64,000 bases of DNA from Rhodosorus marinus CCMP1338 (GCA_029953675.1 JAMWBK010000007.1:310001-374000); one strand, 5' to 3'; counted from the first letter of the stretch, positions 37,081 through 50,663 are shown. Notes: generated by a model not told the origin, from the letters alone. Program-made: numbers and translations.

Positions 37081-38867
37081 CTAACTGACGCCCGTGCGTA
37101 ACCGCGCCTTCAAATCTCCAATTCTCGCCTGCATAACGGCCATGTCCAGATCCCTGGTGAAGTTCCAAATCGTGACGATGATGTGCATCTGCCTCTCACG
37201 GCTGTTAATATTCTCTTCACCAAAGTACATCATCATCTTCTGTAGCGACACTCTCAGAACGCCGTGCATGCTTATGAGCGTGCTCCTCAGCTTCTTTCCT
37301 CCTTTCCGACCTGAAAGAAAGCTGGAGATCATGCCAGATGAAAGGCTGTTTGTTAGGCCAGTCCTGGAGCTGGTCCAGGTCATCCGGCAGAAACCACAAG
37401 GAGCCGTAACTTGTTCTGGTCATAGGTTTCGTATACGTACTTGCACACATCCATCACGAATGGATCGTCTGCGTCACCCAGCCGAGAAAATTCGACGACT
37501 CCCTCAAGAGTGTTGTAGAGTTCTGTTACGGATGTTTCTACGTCCTCCAGAAGGGGGAGAGAGACCATCTCGCTGGCCATGGTCGGCATGTCATCGATCG
37601 GAAGCATTCCAGGCGCGGCTTTAAGCACGCTCCGACTGAGCACCGAAAGCAGCGATTTCTCCGGTTCATTCGGGCTTGCTTCGGTCTTCAGGGTCGATAG
37701 GATATCAAGAGAGAAACCTGTTGGCAAGATAAGATTTTACATCAGAGTTATGGCGTTCAGCGGTAGGGAAGGAGCGAGAGCAGAACGAAATCGAATCAAC
37801 CCCCTGTCTTTCCACTGACCTTCAGCGTCCTGTTCGCCTTCTTTGAGGAGCACCTTATTGAACAAACGCAGACCAGCACGAAGGACGAAAGCCAGTTTCT
37901 CGCTCTCTGCAATCTCGTTTGCGATTTTGCTGTACTTGGTTAGCACGTCCGTTGCCTGTTGTGATTGGATTCAGTAGAGGAGGACGAAGTCCTTTGCTCG
38001 TCAGCTAAAAATCTCATGGGGAAGTTTTAACAATGGGCGCTAAATTTTTGAGCAGCAAACCTCCTTGACATCGCGTTCAAAGGTCATTATCGCAATGCCT
38101 GCTTCAAGGGTCTCCCGGATGTACGGAAAACGAGCAAACCGGCGGAAAAATTCCCTGCAGCGCCTCTCCGCTTGTCCCCTGGACCTCCTAAAGCTCATCA
38201 AAACGTGGCTAGGTGGAATGACTGAAAGGATTTGTCTTAGTTCATCGACTTCCAGGCCCCTTTTGTGAGGCATAAAAGTCGCTGTGATAACTTCTTCGGG
38301 AGTCAGGTCCAGAAGGGCGATGACGTCCATGACGTCCATGAATCTGTTGGCAGAAAAAAAGCAGGGCAACATGTATTGGTCTTAAGAAGAAACTCGCGAG
38401 CGTTGAATAAAAAGCTAGCCGATAACCAAAACTTACATGGCCTCAGCTTCACCCGCGGATGACAGCCCCCCGTCTGACAGGTCATTACTCCTCTTCTGGA
38501 GCTCATCCTCTGATGGATCATCTACTTCGGGAAAATGAACCGTTGAGAACTGAAAGTCCAGCTCAATGCCCTCTTCCCTCAACGACGGGCTCACATCATC
38601 GCTCCTCCTCGGGTCAAAATCAGGATCCACCTCGTCCTCCTCGAAATCCACGAGAATCGCATCACCAAGTGCTCGATACCAATCGACCTCGAGTTCCTTT
38701 GCGGTAATGTTAAGTATCCTCGCAGAAATACTCGCCGCAGCCTCCTCCACGCTCTCAAGGTTCTTGTCGATGTTCGCGAGACACTGTCTGATCAAGTCTC
38801 GAGTACCGCGCCGAAGAGTACTATTCGCGTCGACACCCCACTCCTCATCGCCCCAGGACTTTCCCAT
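37081..38867 (-). CDS. Divergent formin FH2-domain-like protein without FH1; multi-exon
   Basis: KIANEIAESEKLAFVLRAGLRLFN...AITLMGFSLDILSTLKTEASPNEPEKSLLSVL resembles the FH2 S..L..lL..G..N...GF.L..L..L...K....TLL signature. The C-terminal IWNFTRDLDMA resembles the FH2 post helix. No polyproline tract is present. Confidence 0.6.
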
Positions 38868-41800
38868 CCTCAGTCAAAACCCCCAAAATCAATCCAAAAG
38901 CCCGCGAAAGCTCTCTCAAGCTGCTAGCTAAGCTGCCATCCTGAGGTGTCACTCCCCACAAGCTCCTCCGTCACGATTCAGTTCCATTTTTGGATGAGTA
39001 GCACGCACCCCCAAAGGAAAGAACATCTGAAAGACTTCGTTGCGGATGAGAAGGCCAGCCTCCTTTTCGTCCCTTTCATAGTGGACGGGGACAAGGCGGG
39101 CGCACAAGAGATTTTGTTTCGTATGGCAGACTGGCTTCCGCTGGTCTAGATGAGGCCCTGTGGGCAGGTTTCTTCAGCGCCAGTGGTTCCTATGGAGTCT
39201 TTTCGATTTTGCAGAAAGATCCGTGGCTGTAGTGGAGGCCATCGCTGTTCTGGGTCTGGCTCGAGGTTGGGAGACTAGTCAAAGCTTGAATTCGAAGTTT
39301 GGGAAGTTATCATCTGGGCTAGTTTCCTTCAAAAAGGGGCTGGAAATCGATGCCGGATGAGGCTGTGGAAGTCTAGAGGAGAAGGTCGGTGCCTGTCGTA
39401 CGAAAAAACGTTTTCGAAATCATCTGACGAGGGGCTGGGTTACCGCATGACTCGCTGGTGCCTTACCCTGAGCCTGGATCAGAAACTGACTGACGGATTT
39501 TTTTTATGGGGATGAGTGCGAAGAATGATTGTGACTGATCTTCCCACGACGTGCCCACTGGCTCAAACACGTACAGCGCCGCGTATTGGTTGGAGCAGGA
39601 GCGCAGCCGAACAGGCATGATTTCTACTGGAGCGCCCTGCGGATACGTAGATTTTTTTCCTGGTCGACTTCGCTGCTTAGGCGCACTCGGCTGTGGACAC
39701 CCATGTTGTGTATAGTTCAAGGACCAGCGCAGGTCAAAAAGGCCACAACCACGCATCGCCGCATGGAAGAGGCTAGCCAGTGGCGTTGCGTATTTGGTGT
39801 TCAGGATTTCGGCTACACCTAGTGCAAGCTAGAAATCCTCTGCAGCCTCATCAACGAAAGCGCATACTGCTCCCCTGCGCCCCGGTTCCGAGGAAAAAAT
39901 CCAAACAGATATACTTGATCGGCAGACGACGGGATGCAATTGGTTTTACTCAGCTCCTAAGCGCGCCACAAGATCGAGATGTCAAAAATATATGTAGCCG
40001 GCGCCAGGCCCAACGAAGAACCTCAGCACGTCCGTCCTCTAGAATTGACTGATGCAGCTCAGCGTCATCCTGATCGAGAGTGTTAGATCCCCCTGCTAGA
40101 GTACTCGCTCCGCAGATCAGATCAACTAGATGTCAACGCCAGTTATTAACCTGGTGGCCTGCCTCAATGAAGGCCTCAGGCTAACTGATGTTGCTGGGTC
40201 CCCTTCTCATGCACAAAAAAAAAGAAATTCATTTCTTCGGGTAAAGCAATTTTTTTTTCTTTTTCTGTCTTGCTTCTTTTCAAAAGGAGGGGGAGGGCAG
40301 CACGCCACCATCTTTCCCGTCATGCTCCCAAGCAAAAACCGCCTCCAATTTATTATTAGTTTATTTTCCTGCCTCTCTCTCATGAGGAACGCCTTGAAGA
40401 AAGCCGATGGACGAACGAGTTTTCAGGAGATATTAAGTGAGATACTAGGAATACGATCATTGGATAATTTTGTACTTAAGATACTTCCATTGGTTAAATT
40501 CAAAACTCAAAAAAACAAAAAAAGGCGAGGAATGCGTCAACTGGATCATATTCACGTTCCTAATTCGTCGAAAAGATTTTCTCATATTCCGAACAAAAAA
40601 CAAAAAAGCAGAACAAAGAATCAAGACATCCAATAGCTGCCTACAAAAACATTTAAAATTCTACTCCCTCCATCCCAAGGAAAAGTGTAAATGAGATACA
40701 TCTTCGTTAATGATTGGTGTACATAGAAACGTCTTCCCTGATATCGCTGATCATGCGAAAACCGCTCCGTTGTGAACCTCCAATAATCCGCTTTCGATCC
40801 TTTCATTGGACTAAAAGTTTCACTTGCGGGATAGGTATTTTGATCAAAATTGCTTGCTCAAATTAGCCTTCAACCAATTACATCCTGAGCAGCTTTCTCG
40901 GGGTCAGCGAAGCAATAACGATGTCCGGCTCTGTAGTAAGGGAACAGTAACCCCCACGAGATATTATAGTTTAAGCTTTTTTATTTTGAATATCTGATAT
41001 ATCGTATCAGCATGGTGAAGGACGAAACTCGTCTACGTCGGTAACGGGTCAGCGCGGATTTACTAGCGAATCTCATACCTTATTTTTGGCACTATTCAAG
41101 TCCAAGCTGTATTCGAGATGATTTGAAGGGGGTAGCGAAGAAAATATTGCGCGCAAGTTCATGGGAAATATGTTTCGCCAAAAAAAAGAGCAAGCCCATG
41201 GTCATCCGCAAAGTTGGAAGGCAGGTTTCAAGAACAGGGAACAGGGGTAGCGTTTATCAGTTCCTTTCAGATAGAAAAGTGCTATAAATACAATTAGTTT
41301 GAAAAAAATCATTTTTATCCGAGGATAAAGGGGGGTATGACAGAACCAGTTTCGTGCTTCTGAAAAAAGAAACTTGCTTCCCAAGGGGGGGGGGAGGTAT
41401 AGTAATTGTTTCTAGAAATAGCGACTACTGGGAAAGCCAGCAAAAAAGAACAAATCAAGCACAATTGCATCTCTGGTCAATAATAATAAAACAAAAGAAA
41501 CTTATTATATCAAAATATCTTATGATTTATTTCTTATTTTGATAACTCCTCCGATTGTTGTCTGTCCAAGCAGATACCTTCACGTCGCCCGATCCTTCGG
41601 GAAAACGCCAAAACTAAAACGCAATAAGCCAATGAACCCCCGGGAAATTCCAAACTTCAATTTTTCTAATGCCATACCAACTAAATTTTTTTGTTTCTTT
41701 TCCTGGACGGGCGGTGTGAAATCCTTCCTTGCTAACATAACCGCTCCTTACCCCTCCGATCCGCTCCACAAAACCCGTTCCGATTTCTTATCAAATCCAC

Positions 41801-42476
41801 CCTTTTTAGAGGTTTCTATGACGAATAAGAGTTCTGGTTGAATGGGGCCTGGGGGGGGGAGGGAGGGAGATGGTAAAGGGTTTGCTTTTTCGGTGAAAGT
41901 TTGGATGGAAGCGGAAAGGAAACAAAACAAAAAAATTTAAAAAATAGACGGCAGTTTTTTTTCTTAGTGCCTTGGGGGGGGAAGGCAATCACCACTACGC
42001 GCTTGTGTGAGCGAATTTGTGCTCGTTTTGAAGGGGACGCCTTGAAGAGGAAGATTTGGACGGTGGTGGACAGGGTGGGAAAAAAAAGAAAATTGAGACT
42101 CCTGTTGCTGGTTTTTCTCGTTGCGCGGCCTTTATGTCATGTCTTCATGGGTCGGTGAAGGGTAGGGGGGGCGGGGGAGTTTGAAGGAAGAGAGGGAAGG
42201 GTGTGTAGTTTTAAGGCGGATGGTATATGAATCTGTTGGTCTCAACGTTTGCTGGTAAAGATCGAGTAGGGTGTGCATGAGTTTTGCGTGGAGTTTTAGG
42301 AAGGAGGGTTTGTGAGGATCTGGGGAGGGGGGAGGGAGGGCGTGGGCGGGGAGCGCAATTTGGTGGGTGGGGTGGGGGAGAGGGGGGCGGGGGGAGGGGC
42401 GGAGAGGAGTTTGTTGCAGTAGATTCTTGCTCGCCTTTTGTCTTCAACTAGCGTGAGGTAGGCTCTTTCATATAGA

Positions 42477-43344
42477 ATGGGTGCTCCGAGTGAGCCGTTT
42501 CTGTTGCAAATGCTCTGCGACGTTGCCGGTGATGCAAAGCGAGCTGAGGAAGCGGGAAAACGGTCTGCTTCTACGGTTGATAGTCCCGTGAGCAGAGAAA
42601 ATGGCTCGTTGGAAAGCATCAAAACATCTGATAAGGCAAAGCTGAAGGAGACAAGTCGGTCCACTCCGCTCAGTTCGTCTAGCGTAACCAAGAGCGACAA
42701 GTCTGGGCAAGTGGACAAGAAGGTTGAAAAGACTGCGACGAAGGACAGGAAGCGTAGTCGCGAATCGGGGACCGAAAGTAGTTCGCTGTCGAGGTAATTT
42801 CAAGCAAGTGAATGATACCCGTGGGAGTTAGTATTCGAGTGACTTACGTTCCATAATGATGCTCATTTTCGTTTCTTTGAGGACTTTGAAACGAGCCTCC
42901 GATCAGAACAAGGTTGGGTCAAAGATGGAGTCGCGACGATGTGCGGATCTTGAACGCGCTCTGAAAGAATCAAACAAGAGAGTTCACAAGTTGCAGGAAG
43001 ACAAGGCCGCCCTGCAAAAGCGGTGTACACAAGTAGAAGCTATTCTCTACGGTTTGCCCGCCGGGCCTCCGAGCGTACCTACTGGGGTGCCCTACCCAGT
43101 AAGCCAGCCTTATTATGGGGTAAGCTCTTCATACCGGGAGAACCATCATCAGAATATGCCGCAGATGGTTGACGGTAGTCTATCTTTTCGATCTGGCCAT
43201 TTGAAGCAACATCATGCAGAGTCGCCGCAGTACTATCAGCCTCAGATGCCGGGAATCTATGAGGATGTTTCCGTCATTCCCGTGATGAACAGGTTTAGTC
43301 CAGATTGGCGTGAATACCCGTTCCCACGGGATGCAAAGCACTAG
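42477..43344 (+). CDS. Hypothetical coiled-coil, low-complexity protein (putative transcription regulator); 2 exons
   Basis: Intron ~42794-42881 joins SSLSR|TLKRASD. Heptad region CADLERALKESNKRVHKLQEDKAALQKRCTQVE, P/Y/Q-rich tail, N-terminal LLQMLCDVA motif. Confidence 0.7.
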
Positions 43345-46052
43345 GCCGAGCGCAGAAAGAATTGTCGCAGTTGTACATACATCTCGAAATATGATTGCAA
43401 CAGAAAAAAATGAGTTGCTCTTCTATTAACATCAGCAAGCAGAAGTAAAAAAGCCATTGGAGGCTGAAATTCAAGGTTGTGGAATTGTCTTTAGGAGGCG
43501 TGCCTGTATTTCGCAGGTCTTGTGAACCACTCCTCCTAGGAAGCGCTCGGGTTTCTGTACGCCAATTGGATTTTTATCTTGACTAGCATTCAGACTAGTC
43601 AACCTGCTTGGGAACCGTGCCTCGGTCGGGGGGGTGCGAGCTTCTGGGTGTAGGCGAAGAAAATTCTCCACGTCTTATGCAGCCAGCTTGCATGAGAAAT
43701 TTAGGAAAGTTCATTGTTGCGCAAGCAGCGTAGAACGAGCTTGCTGAATCATCCAGCTACAGAAAGCTTTCACCATCGACAGGTGGACTTGTAGATGCTT
43801 ACTGGACTCGAGGCATCTCGTTTTCGATTTGCAGATGCCCAGGTGACCCACTCCTCTTCGGTTTGACATTGACATATGTACTGCTGACCGATGTCTTCAC
43901 GGGTGCAGAACCTCCTGTGCCCTTGGCATTTGAGCTTGTGCTGGCCGTGCTTGCCGCTCGTCAGTCGATTCTTGAACGCAAAAAACAGCTAAAATCCTTG
44001 CTCGTGTGGATGGACTGTAGGCCACTCCCAACCTTGTCCCCCCGAGGATGCGAGGCATTTCTCTACCATATACCCAACAATCCGCCTCTTGCAATGCAAA
44101 GACAAAGATGATGAGAGTCTGCCAAGTTAAAAACTCCATTGACAAGACCGCTGCTTGAAAAGGGAGAGTAACTACTCCATCCATCGAGCTCCGTTTAGAG
44201 CACATGTGTGTACCCGCCCTCTCCAAACACTAGTGGAACTACTGATTTGCATGGTGGCGGGAAGATCCCAGCGAATTTTCCATCCCCCAAAGTGAACCAA
44301 CATTCCCACGTGGGCGACACGACAGTGAGTTGTCCATTTAGGGTATATATCACAGGTCTTTTAGATGAGTCCCTACTACCTATGCGCTGGGTGAATGGAA
44401 GATCACAACCTACCCCATCCAAAGGGCCCTCACTGGTCCACAGCTTCTATCTTCTCGCTCGACCTGAGCAGATCGCCTCCAAAACGATGATTGCCCTTGT
44501 GATGATCAGTCATTTTAAACAATCAATCCACAATACCACAACAAAAATCTTGAAATATCGAATACTCACTGCGGAAAAAACCTTCTCGCTTATCTTAATA
44601 AAAATGAACAATTCAAGGATATTCCAATAAAAGTACGACAATAACAAACATACTTAAGTTTAATTCGATATCGCATATGTACAGACACGTGCAAGAACAC
44701 AATTTGTTTTTAAAAGTGGAATTGTTTTATTATTCTAGGGCGAATGGAACGAACCATTAAAATATCTCACGAAAGGAAAAAGATCTCTAACTTTTAAGAT
44801 GGTGGGGGGTATAGTGTGATCGAGCGTTATCTGGAAACGGGAACAGGTTTGCTTTTGGGGGGGAAGGAGAAATCTGCAACTCCCGAGAAATGCTCAGAAG
44901 GACATCTTAGAGAATCTTTTCCAACATCTTCTTACAATGCAATACTGAGCTTTGCAATCTTCCCAACACAGCTCGCTTTGTCGACCCAGCCTTTTGTTTG
45001 TTTGTTCCTCAAAAGCCGGTTGAGTCAAGTCTGTTCCAAGGGTTTTGGCCTGAGGACGCTCGTTGGATCAGAAGATTCTCCATGAGGTCTCCATGAGCTC
45101 AAGAGACCCCCCGGTCCACTTCATACCGGGCAGCTTCACAACCCTTGCAGGCTTCCCCATCAGCGAACCTCGTAAACCTAGACACACCCAGGCTTTCATA
45201 CACAAGTTTGCATAGCAGTCCCAAGACTCCCGTAGTCGTCAAATGTTGGTCTTCACAAAAGCAATATCTCGCCATCCATTCCAACTGCAAGAAAGAAAAA
45301 AAAACGATCTACATCTACATCGTAAACGATATCGTATGAACTAAAATTACTTCAATTCATGAATATCTCCTTTCCATCAATTCATTAGATACAGAGTTAA
45401 ACCATACACAATCTAGTATTGCCCTCCTCATGGTGCTCTTCAAACAAGACACACCCCCCCCAAGCCAAACCAGCAACCGAAATGAGATATTTTTCTGACA
45501 TTATCAACCGATAGATTTTCAGGGGTAACCAAATAGACCCCAACCCACCCGTTTACCTACAAAGGGGGGTTGTAGATATCCCATACTATCATATTCAAAA
45601 CATTTTTCCTGATTTACTAAGCTGACAGTAAAATTTCTCCTACCCATACCAAAAGCAAAATTTTAGATTTTATCGCCCCTATTACCCCCCTCTATTTTCT
45701 CCTTAACAATATTGCAATTCGAAAACCAGGAAATGGTTAAATTTAGTTTTTATTGGAAAAAAGGAAAGGAGTGGATGAAAAATGGGGGCAAATGAACTTC
45801 TTCGGAGGAGGGGGAGTTTGAATATCGAAGGTTTTTTGCATGGATTGGTGATTTTTAGATGTTTTATTAGAGGATACAGTATTGATGGGTTGTTAGATAA
45901 GGGGAGGAAAAATGGAATTTGGAAGGGGGGGGGTGGTGGTTAGGAATACAATTTTTTGGGGGGGTTTATTCAAATGGTGAATGTCATTTACATTATAAGA
46001 AGGAATGGCGAAGAGGCAGACTTGTGATTTGGTATGTATTGAACGTTGGAAG

Positions 46053-46137
46053 AGGGAGAGAGGGAGAGAGAGACAGAGGGATAGATAGAGAGGAGATAAG
46101 GAGAGAGGGAGAGAGAGAAAGAGATAGAGAGAGATAG
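46053..46137. repeat. GA-rich simple repeat
   Basis: Interrupted (GA)n tract upstream of the 46321 gene. Confidence 0.85.
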
Positions 46138-46320
46138 ACTGAACCCTTTTTTTTAAGGTTTGTGTTGATGAAAAGTTAAGAAAAGTGAAAGTCGAGGGTT
46201 GGAGACAGAGGTGTTTTTTAAGCTTATTTTGTCGGTTAGGGTTTTGCCAAGTTGGGTTGGGGGTAGGGGGTGGACGGGGGCTTGGTGGAGGTTTTTGAGT
46301 TGAATAGGTAAATACGAACG

Positions 46321-47390
46321 ATGACTTTTGAGGTTAGTTTTATTCTCGCGCCTGGTTTTGGGCTGGCCCCGGGCGTGAAGAGCTCTGTGAAGGATAGGAA
46401 AGTGGGTAACTTTTCGAAGCGAGGTGTGGGAGTAAGGAGGGCGGCTTATGGAGAGGAGTTCAATGAGTTTGAGACAAAAGGTACTTGGCTGGCGAGCTGT
46501 TGTGGCTCTTCGTTCTTATTAGGTTGCTTCTGCACTGGTTTTGACCGGAGGACTCGTTCTTGTGTTGACTGTGTTAGGCAACACGAAGCTCCAGGATAAG
46601 CTTGTACAGGAGATTAACTTTGACATTCACAAGATAGTTTTGGCGGATCATATTGACTTTTACGTGGTGAGTGACCCAGCCTTATCTTTGTAAAAGAAGA
46701 CTTGCCAGACCTCAACTAGCTCCTGCAGGAACGCCCTGTTGTCCAATCGTTACCATTGCCCAGCAATGCCGGTTCATCTTCTGAAAAGCTCTTCCCGTTT
46801 GGTACTGAAATAGAGCTCAGAGATCTTGAAGCTGAGGGAAAATTTGAGGGAGCAGTTTAAAGAGTCGCGGAAGCGGATACATGAACGAGGGGACCAGGTT
46901 GCACGGGTAAGTAGAGCAGACACCCTGCCCCTCTCTGGAGCGTAGCTAGAGGAAGCCAAGAAATGCTTGAAAATGTATCTGACTTGTGGTTGCACCTCTG
47001 CTCGTACAGTTGGAATCAGCCAACGCGACCTACAAATGGGACAAGCTTGTACGGGACGCAGAAATTCAGAACAAGACTGCTGCGAAGGAAGCTCGCAGGG
47101 AGGTTGAAGCTCTGGAATCCATGATAAACCGCAAAAGACCAATGGCCAGCTCGGGGATCAAATCGAAGGTTTATGTACAGGACATTCAACACGATCATCG
47201 CCTGGCGATCTACAGCGTGTGTGGGTCTTTGATCGCATCGTATCTCATTGCAAATACAATTATCCGGGCCTTGCAGCTGACCATACACGACGCTGGGCTG
47301 GTGTCCGTAGCCCAGGTAGGGTTTCTGTTTCTCACGATGCTGCTGGTTCTCACGTCGTCGTTGTCTATGGCGCTGCCACCAAAGCAATAA
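46321..47390 (+). CDS. Hypothetical plastid-targeted coiled-coil protein with two C-terminal TM helices; multi-exon
   Basis: Transit-like MTFEVSFILAPG...VRRAA, several canonical GT-AG junctions, last exon with hydrophobic LAIYSVCGSLIASYLIA and VGFLFLTMLLVLTSSLSMA. Internal exon structure is unresolved. Confidence 0.6.
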
Positions 47391-48129
47391 GAGGCCCACG
47401 AGAATAGTTTTTTTGCCGTTTTTGTAAAGGTTTTTCGATGATAGTTTTCGGCATACCCGGCTTTCTTCTTAAAAAGAGTTTTGGTCCACGCATATAGTAC
47501 ATCTGTCGAATCGAGGACGCAGTAAACGATCAGATTTTATGTAAACCCGTCCCAAAACAGTGGCAGATACGCGTACACGGCATCAGAAACGAAGACCTCG
47601 CCCGGATATGTACATAAACCAGTCACTCAGACGCGCCTGACACCTCAACGAGGTTACTACAATACAACTAACCGCGAGATCTCCCCGCGGTCCCAGTCAT
47701 ACACGTATCCAGCTACGTCTATTGGCATGTCATCCGTGGCAATCAAAAAAACCTGGCACAAACTTTTTACGTGCTTCGTCTTGATCCTGACCAGAGGATT
47801 TCGGTCCTTCCGATTGCTTCTTAGCTGCCATTAGACACTATCAGTCGCACACGATAGATTGGTTAGGTCCCATTGACCATGATACTCGAGAGCCAGGCGG
47901 ATCCGTACAAACTTCTGGATGCCGACCCAGCAAAAGACTTTTGCTATTTAGGCTTTACCGTCGATCTGAAGCTCAGGCTGACCCGAGGCGCAGAGGTACG
48001 TAGGTTGGACTCCCTTGGGGGTTCTTGTGGTCAGGACATGGAGGTGTGAAGCTGAGCTAGCTCGTATTGAGAGCTGGCCCGGTTGTTTGAGGGACGGGCT
48101 GGGGAAACATCTGATATCTTCTAGTCGGC

Positions 48130-48594
48130 ATGGATTCTCTGGTTGGTGATTATCCTTCTAGCAGCGATGAGGAGGAGGAGGAGGGTGGACACGCATACGA
48201 GAATGCTGAAACTGAGTCGAAGAAGCGGAAGTCCGAGTCTCCGGAATATGAGAGGAAAGCGTTGAAAGTTGAAGGTGAACCGAGGAGACAAAGTACGCTT
48301 CCTCCTCCACCAGATTTTAACGACGCCGGGCCATCGGGGTTGAGCCTTGACACGGGAAGTAGCGGGCTTGGCAGTCGAAGGCGAAAAGGGTACGTTGAAA
48401 TTTGACATCAACAGACAGTGGTCACTCCCCAGCTGACAAATCGATGCGTTCCTGGTTTTAGAGTTTCAGCGCCAGGAGGATCAAGAACATCATCAATGCT
48501 GCCACCACAGGTCGCAGGGAAGAAGCCGAACGTTGCTACAGAGGATCTTGAGCTCATGGGCATCAAGAAAAAAAAGGCTCCTAGAAAGAGCTGA
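48130..48594 (+). CDS. Small acidic/basic hypothetical protein; 2 exons
   Basis: MDSLVGDYPSSSDEEEEE...LPPPPDF...RRKG|VSAPGG...MLPPQVAGKKPNVATEDLELMGIKKKK*. The C-terminal PPQxxGxxNVxTED motif looks like a conserved eukaryotic motif, but I cannot name the family. Confidence 0.65.
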
Positions 48595-49560
48595 CGGCGA
48601 TTTGACGGCCACTTATTCTCTTGTGTGGGAGCATCTGTATCACCTAACCTTTCCAGAGGATGATCCTAGACATCAGTCCACGGCTGCTAACAGCAACGGC
48701 CAGTTCGCACGATTTCCGTTAGATTCAAGGCTAACAGTGTTCCCTGTTCCAGGAAACACTGTGAGACAGATCTTCAAGAACGGACAGCCGCCGAACGAAA
48801 GGAGTCCCTTCGTGCGCAACTGATGAGGCGAGAGGCTGTTGTTAAGGAATCAAGGAATAAATGCCAGAGCATCTTGACTCCCTTGTGCAACCGTCAACGG
48901 GATGCGCCGGGTTTTAGGATGAATATCTCTTGATCCAGAGTCGGACATCTGAATAACTAGAACCCTTTCCTTTCTCTGAACCGACGCACTTAGCATTATA
49001 CCAACGATATATCTGAGCGGAGGAGTTCAGAACCTATTGAGATTGGATTCGCCCAAGCCGTCGTTTAGTGAAGACCTGAAAACTTCAGATTGGACACAGA
49101 AACACATGCCGAAATGATTAGTGCTGGGCAACGACAACGTTGCTTTTGAAATGACAGAGTGTCGTTGTCCAGCGAGTTTCAAAATGGCGTTTCAACCCAC
49201 GGCTTTCCGTTCGGAGCAGTTACGCGGCAGCAGTTGTTCTTCTCGTGAAGCAGGACTGAACTGCAGGAACTGCATCATCCCGCGGGGGGAAGCACATCTG
49301 TGCCTTGCTTTGCAAGCTTGCGTCACTGAGGGAAACCCAGACCGCGGAGACGGGCGTGCTCACCAGCGTCGCACGTTCCAGGAACCCTTTCGATACTCGT
49401 CCGACCAGAGCTCTCGAAGACGTAGTGATACGCTACAGGAGCGTTCTGCAGCGCGCCCAGATCAGCTTGGTCGCGCCCAACATTCACAGCCCAACAAATT
49501 TCTGCCACGTGTACCTGACAGCCTGTCACTACTTTCCAATCAAATTTAAGCCGATACAAA

Positions 49561-50407
49561 GCTAAAATATAGCAACATATTATCCTAGAAACCCCTCGTT
49601 CTAGACAATTCAACAGTGGACGGCTTAATTATAGCATATATCATCCATAATACATCGTCTAAACGAATTTATTTTGGATCAAGATGAACATAATTATCAC
49701 CGAGGCCAAAAAAAAAAAAGAAGGAACGAGTTGATTAACAAAATATCCAAAATTGGAGAACGGATGTTGACATGTTAAAATATAGCAACATGCTATCCTA
49801 GAAACCCTGCGTTCTGGACAATTCAGTCCTAGACGGCTTAATTATAGCATATATCACTCATAATACATCGTTTAAACGAATTATTTTGGATCAAGATGAA
49901 CATAATTATTACCGAGGACCGAAAAAAAAGGAAGGAATGAGTTGATTAATATAATATCCAGAATTGGAGAACGGACGTTGACATGTTAAAATATACCAAC
50001 ATATTATCCTAGAAACCTCCGTTCTAGACAATTCAAGAATAGACGGCTTAATTATAGCATGTATCATCCACAATACATCGTTTAAACGAATTTATTTTGG
50101 ATCAAGATGAACATAATTATCACCGAGGACCAAAAAAAAAAAAAGGAATGAGCGGATTAATATAACATCCAAAATTGGGGAACGGACGTTGACATGCTAA
50201 AATATAGCAAATTGCTGTCCTAGAAACCCCCCGTTCTAGACAATGAAATCGTTGACCGCTTAATTATAGCACATATCATCCACAATACATCGTTTAAACG
50301 AATTTATTTTGGATCAAGATAACATAATTATTACCGAGGACCCAAAAAAAAGAGGAATGAGTTGATTAATATAATATCCAAAATTGGGGAACGGGACGTT
50401 GACATGT
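49561..50407. repeat. AT-rich tandem array, 4 copies of a ~211-bp unit
   Basis: AAAATATA(G/C)CAA unit starts at 49564, 49777, 49988 and 50199. Shared blocks include GGCTTAATTATAGCA, TTTTGGATCAAGAT and a variable poly-A tract. Confidence 0.95.
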
Positions 50408-50663
50408 CGACGAGGGTTCCTTCTTTTTTCTTTTTTTTTTGGATTTCTGTGGTTTGGAGCTGTTGGAAAGGGTTTGCGTGGATGGGGAAGTGTGGCATTT
50501 GGGAGGGAGAGGGGAGAGAGAGAGAGAGAGGGGAAGGATGAAATGTCTTGGGGTTAGTAGGGGTTTTCTGGGATCTTAGCTGAGGATCTGGGCTCTTAGT
50601 AGTTACATTGTTTATTGTGGGAGGGGGAGTCTTCAGTTTGTTTTGCGTGAAAAAGCTTACGAT

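Noticed and set aside
43579-43602. 8-bp hairpin TTGACTAG/CTAGTCAA
   Set aside because: It is short enough to be expected by chance in 64 kb.
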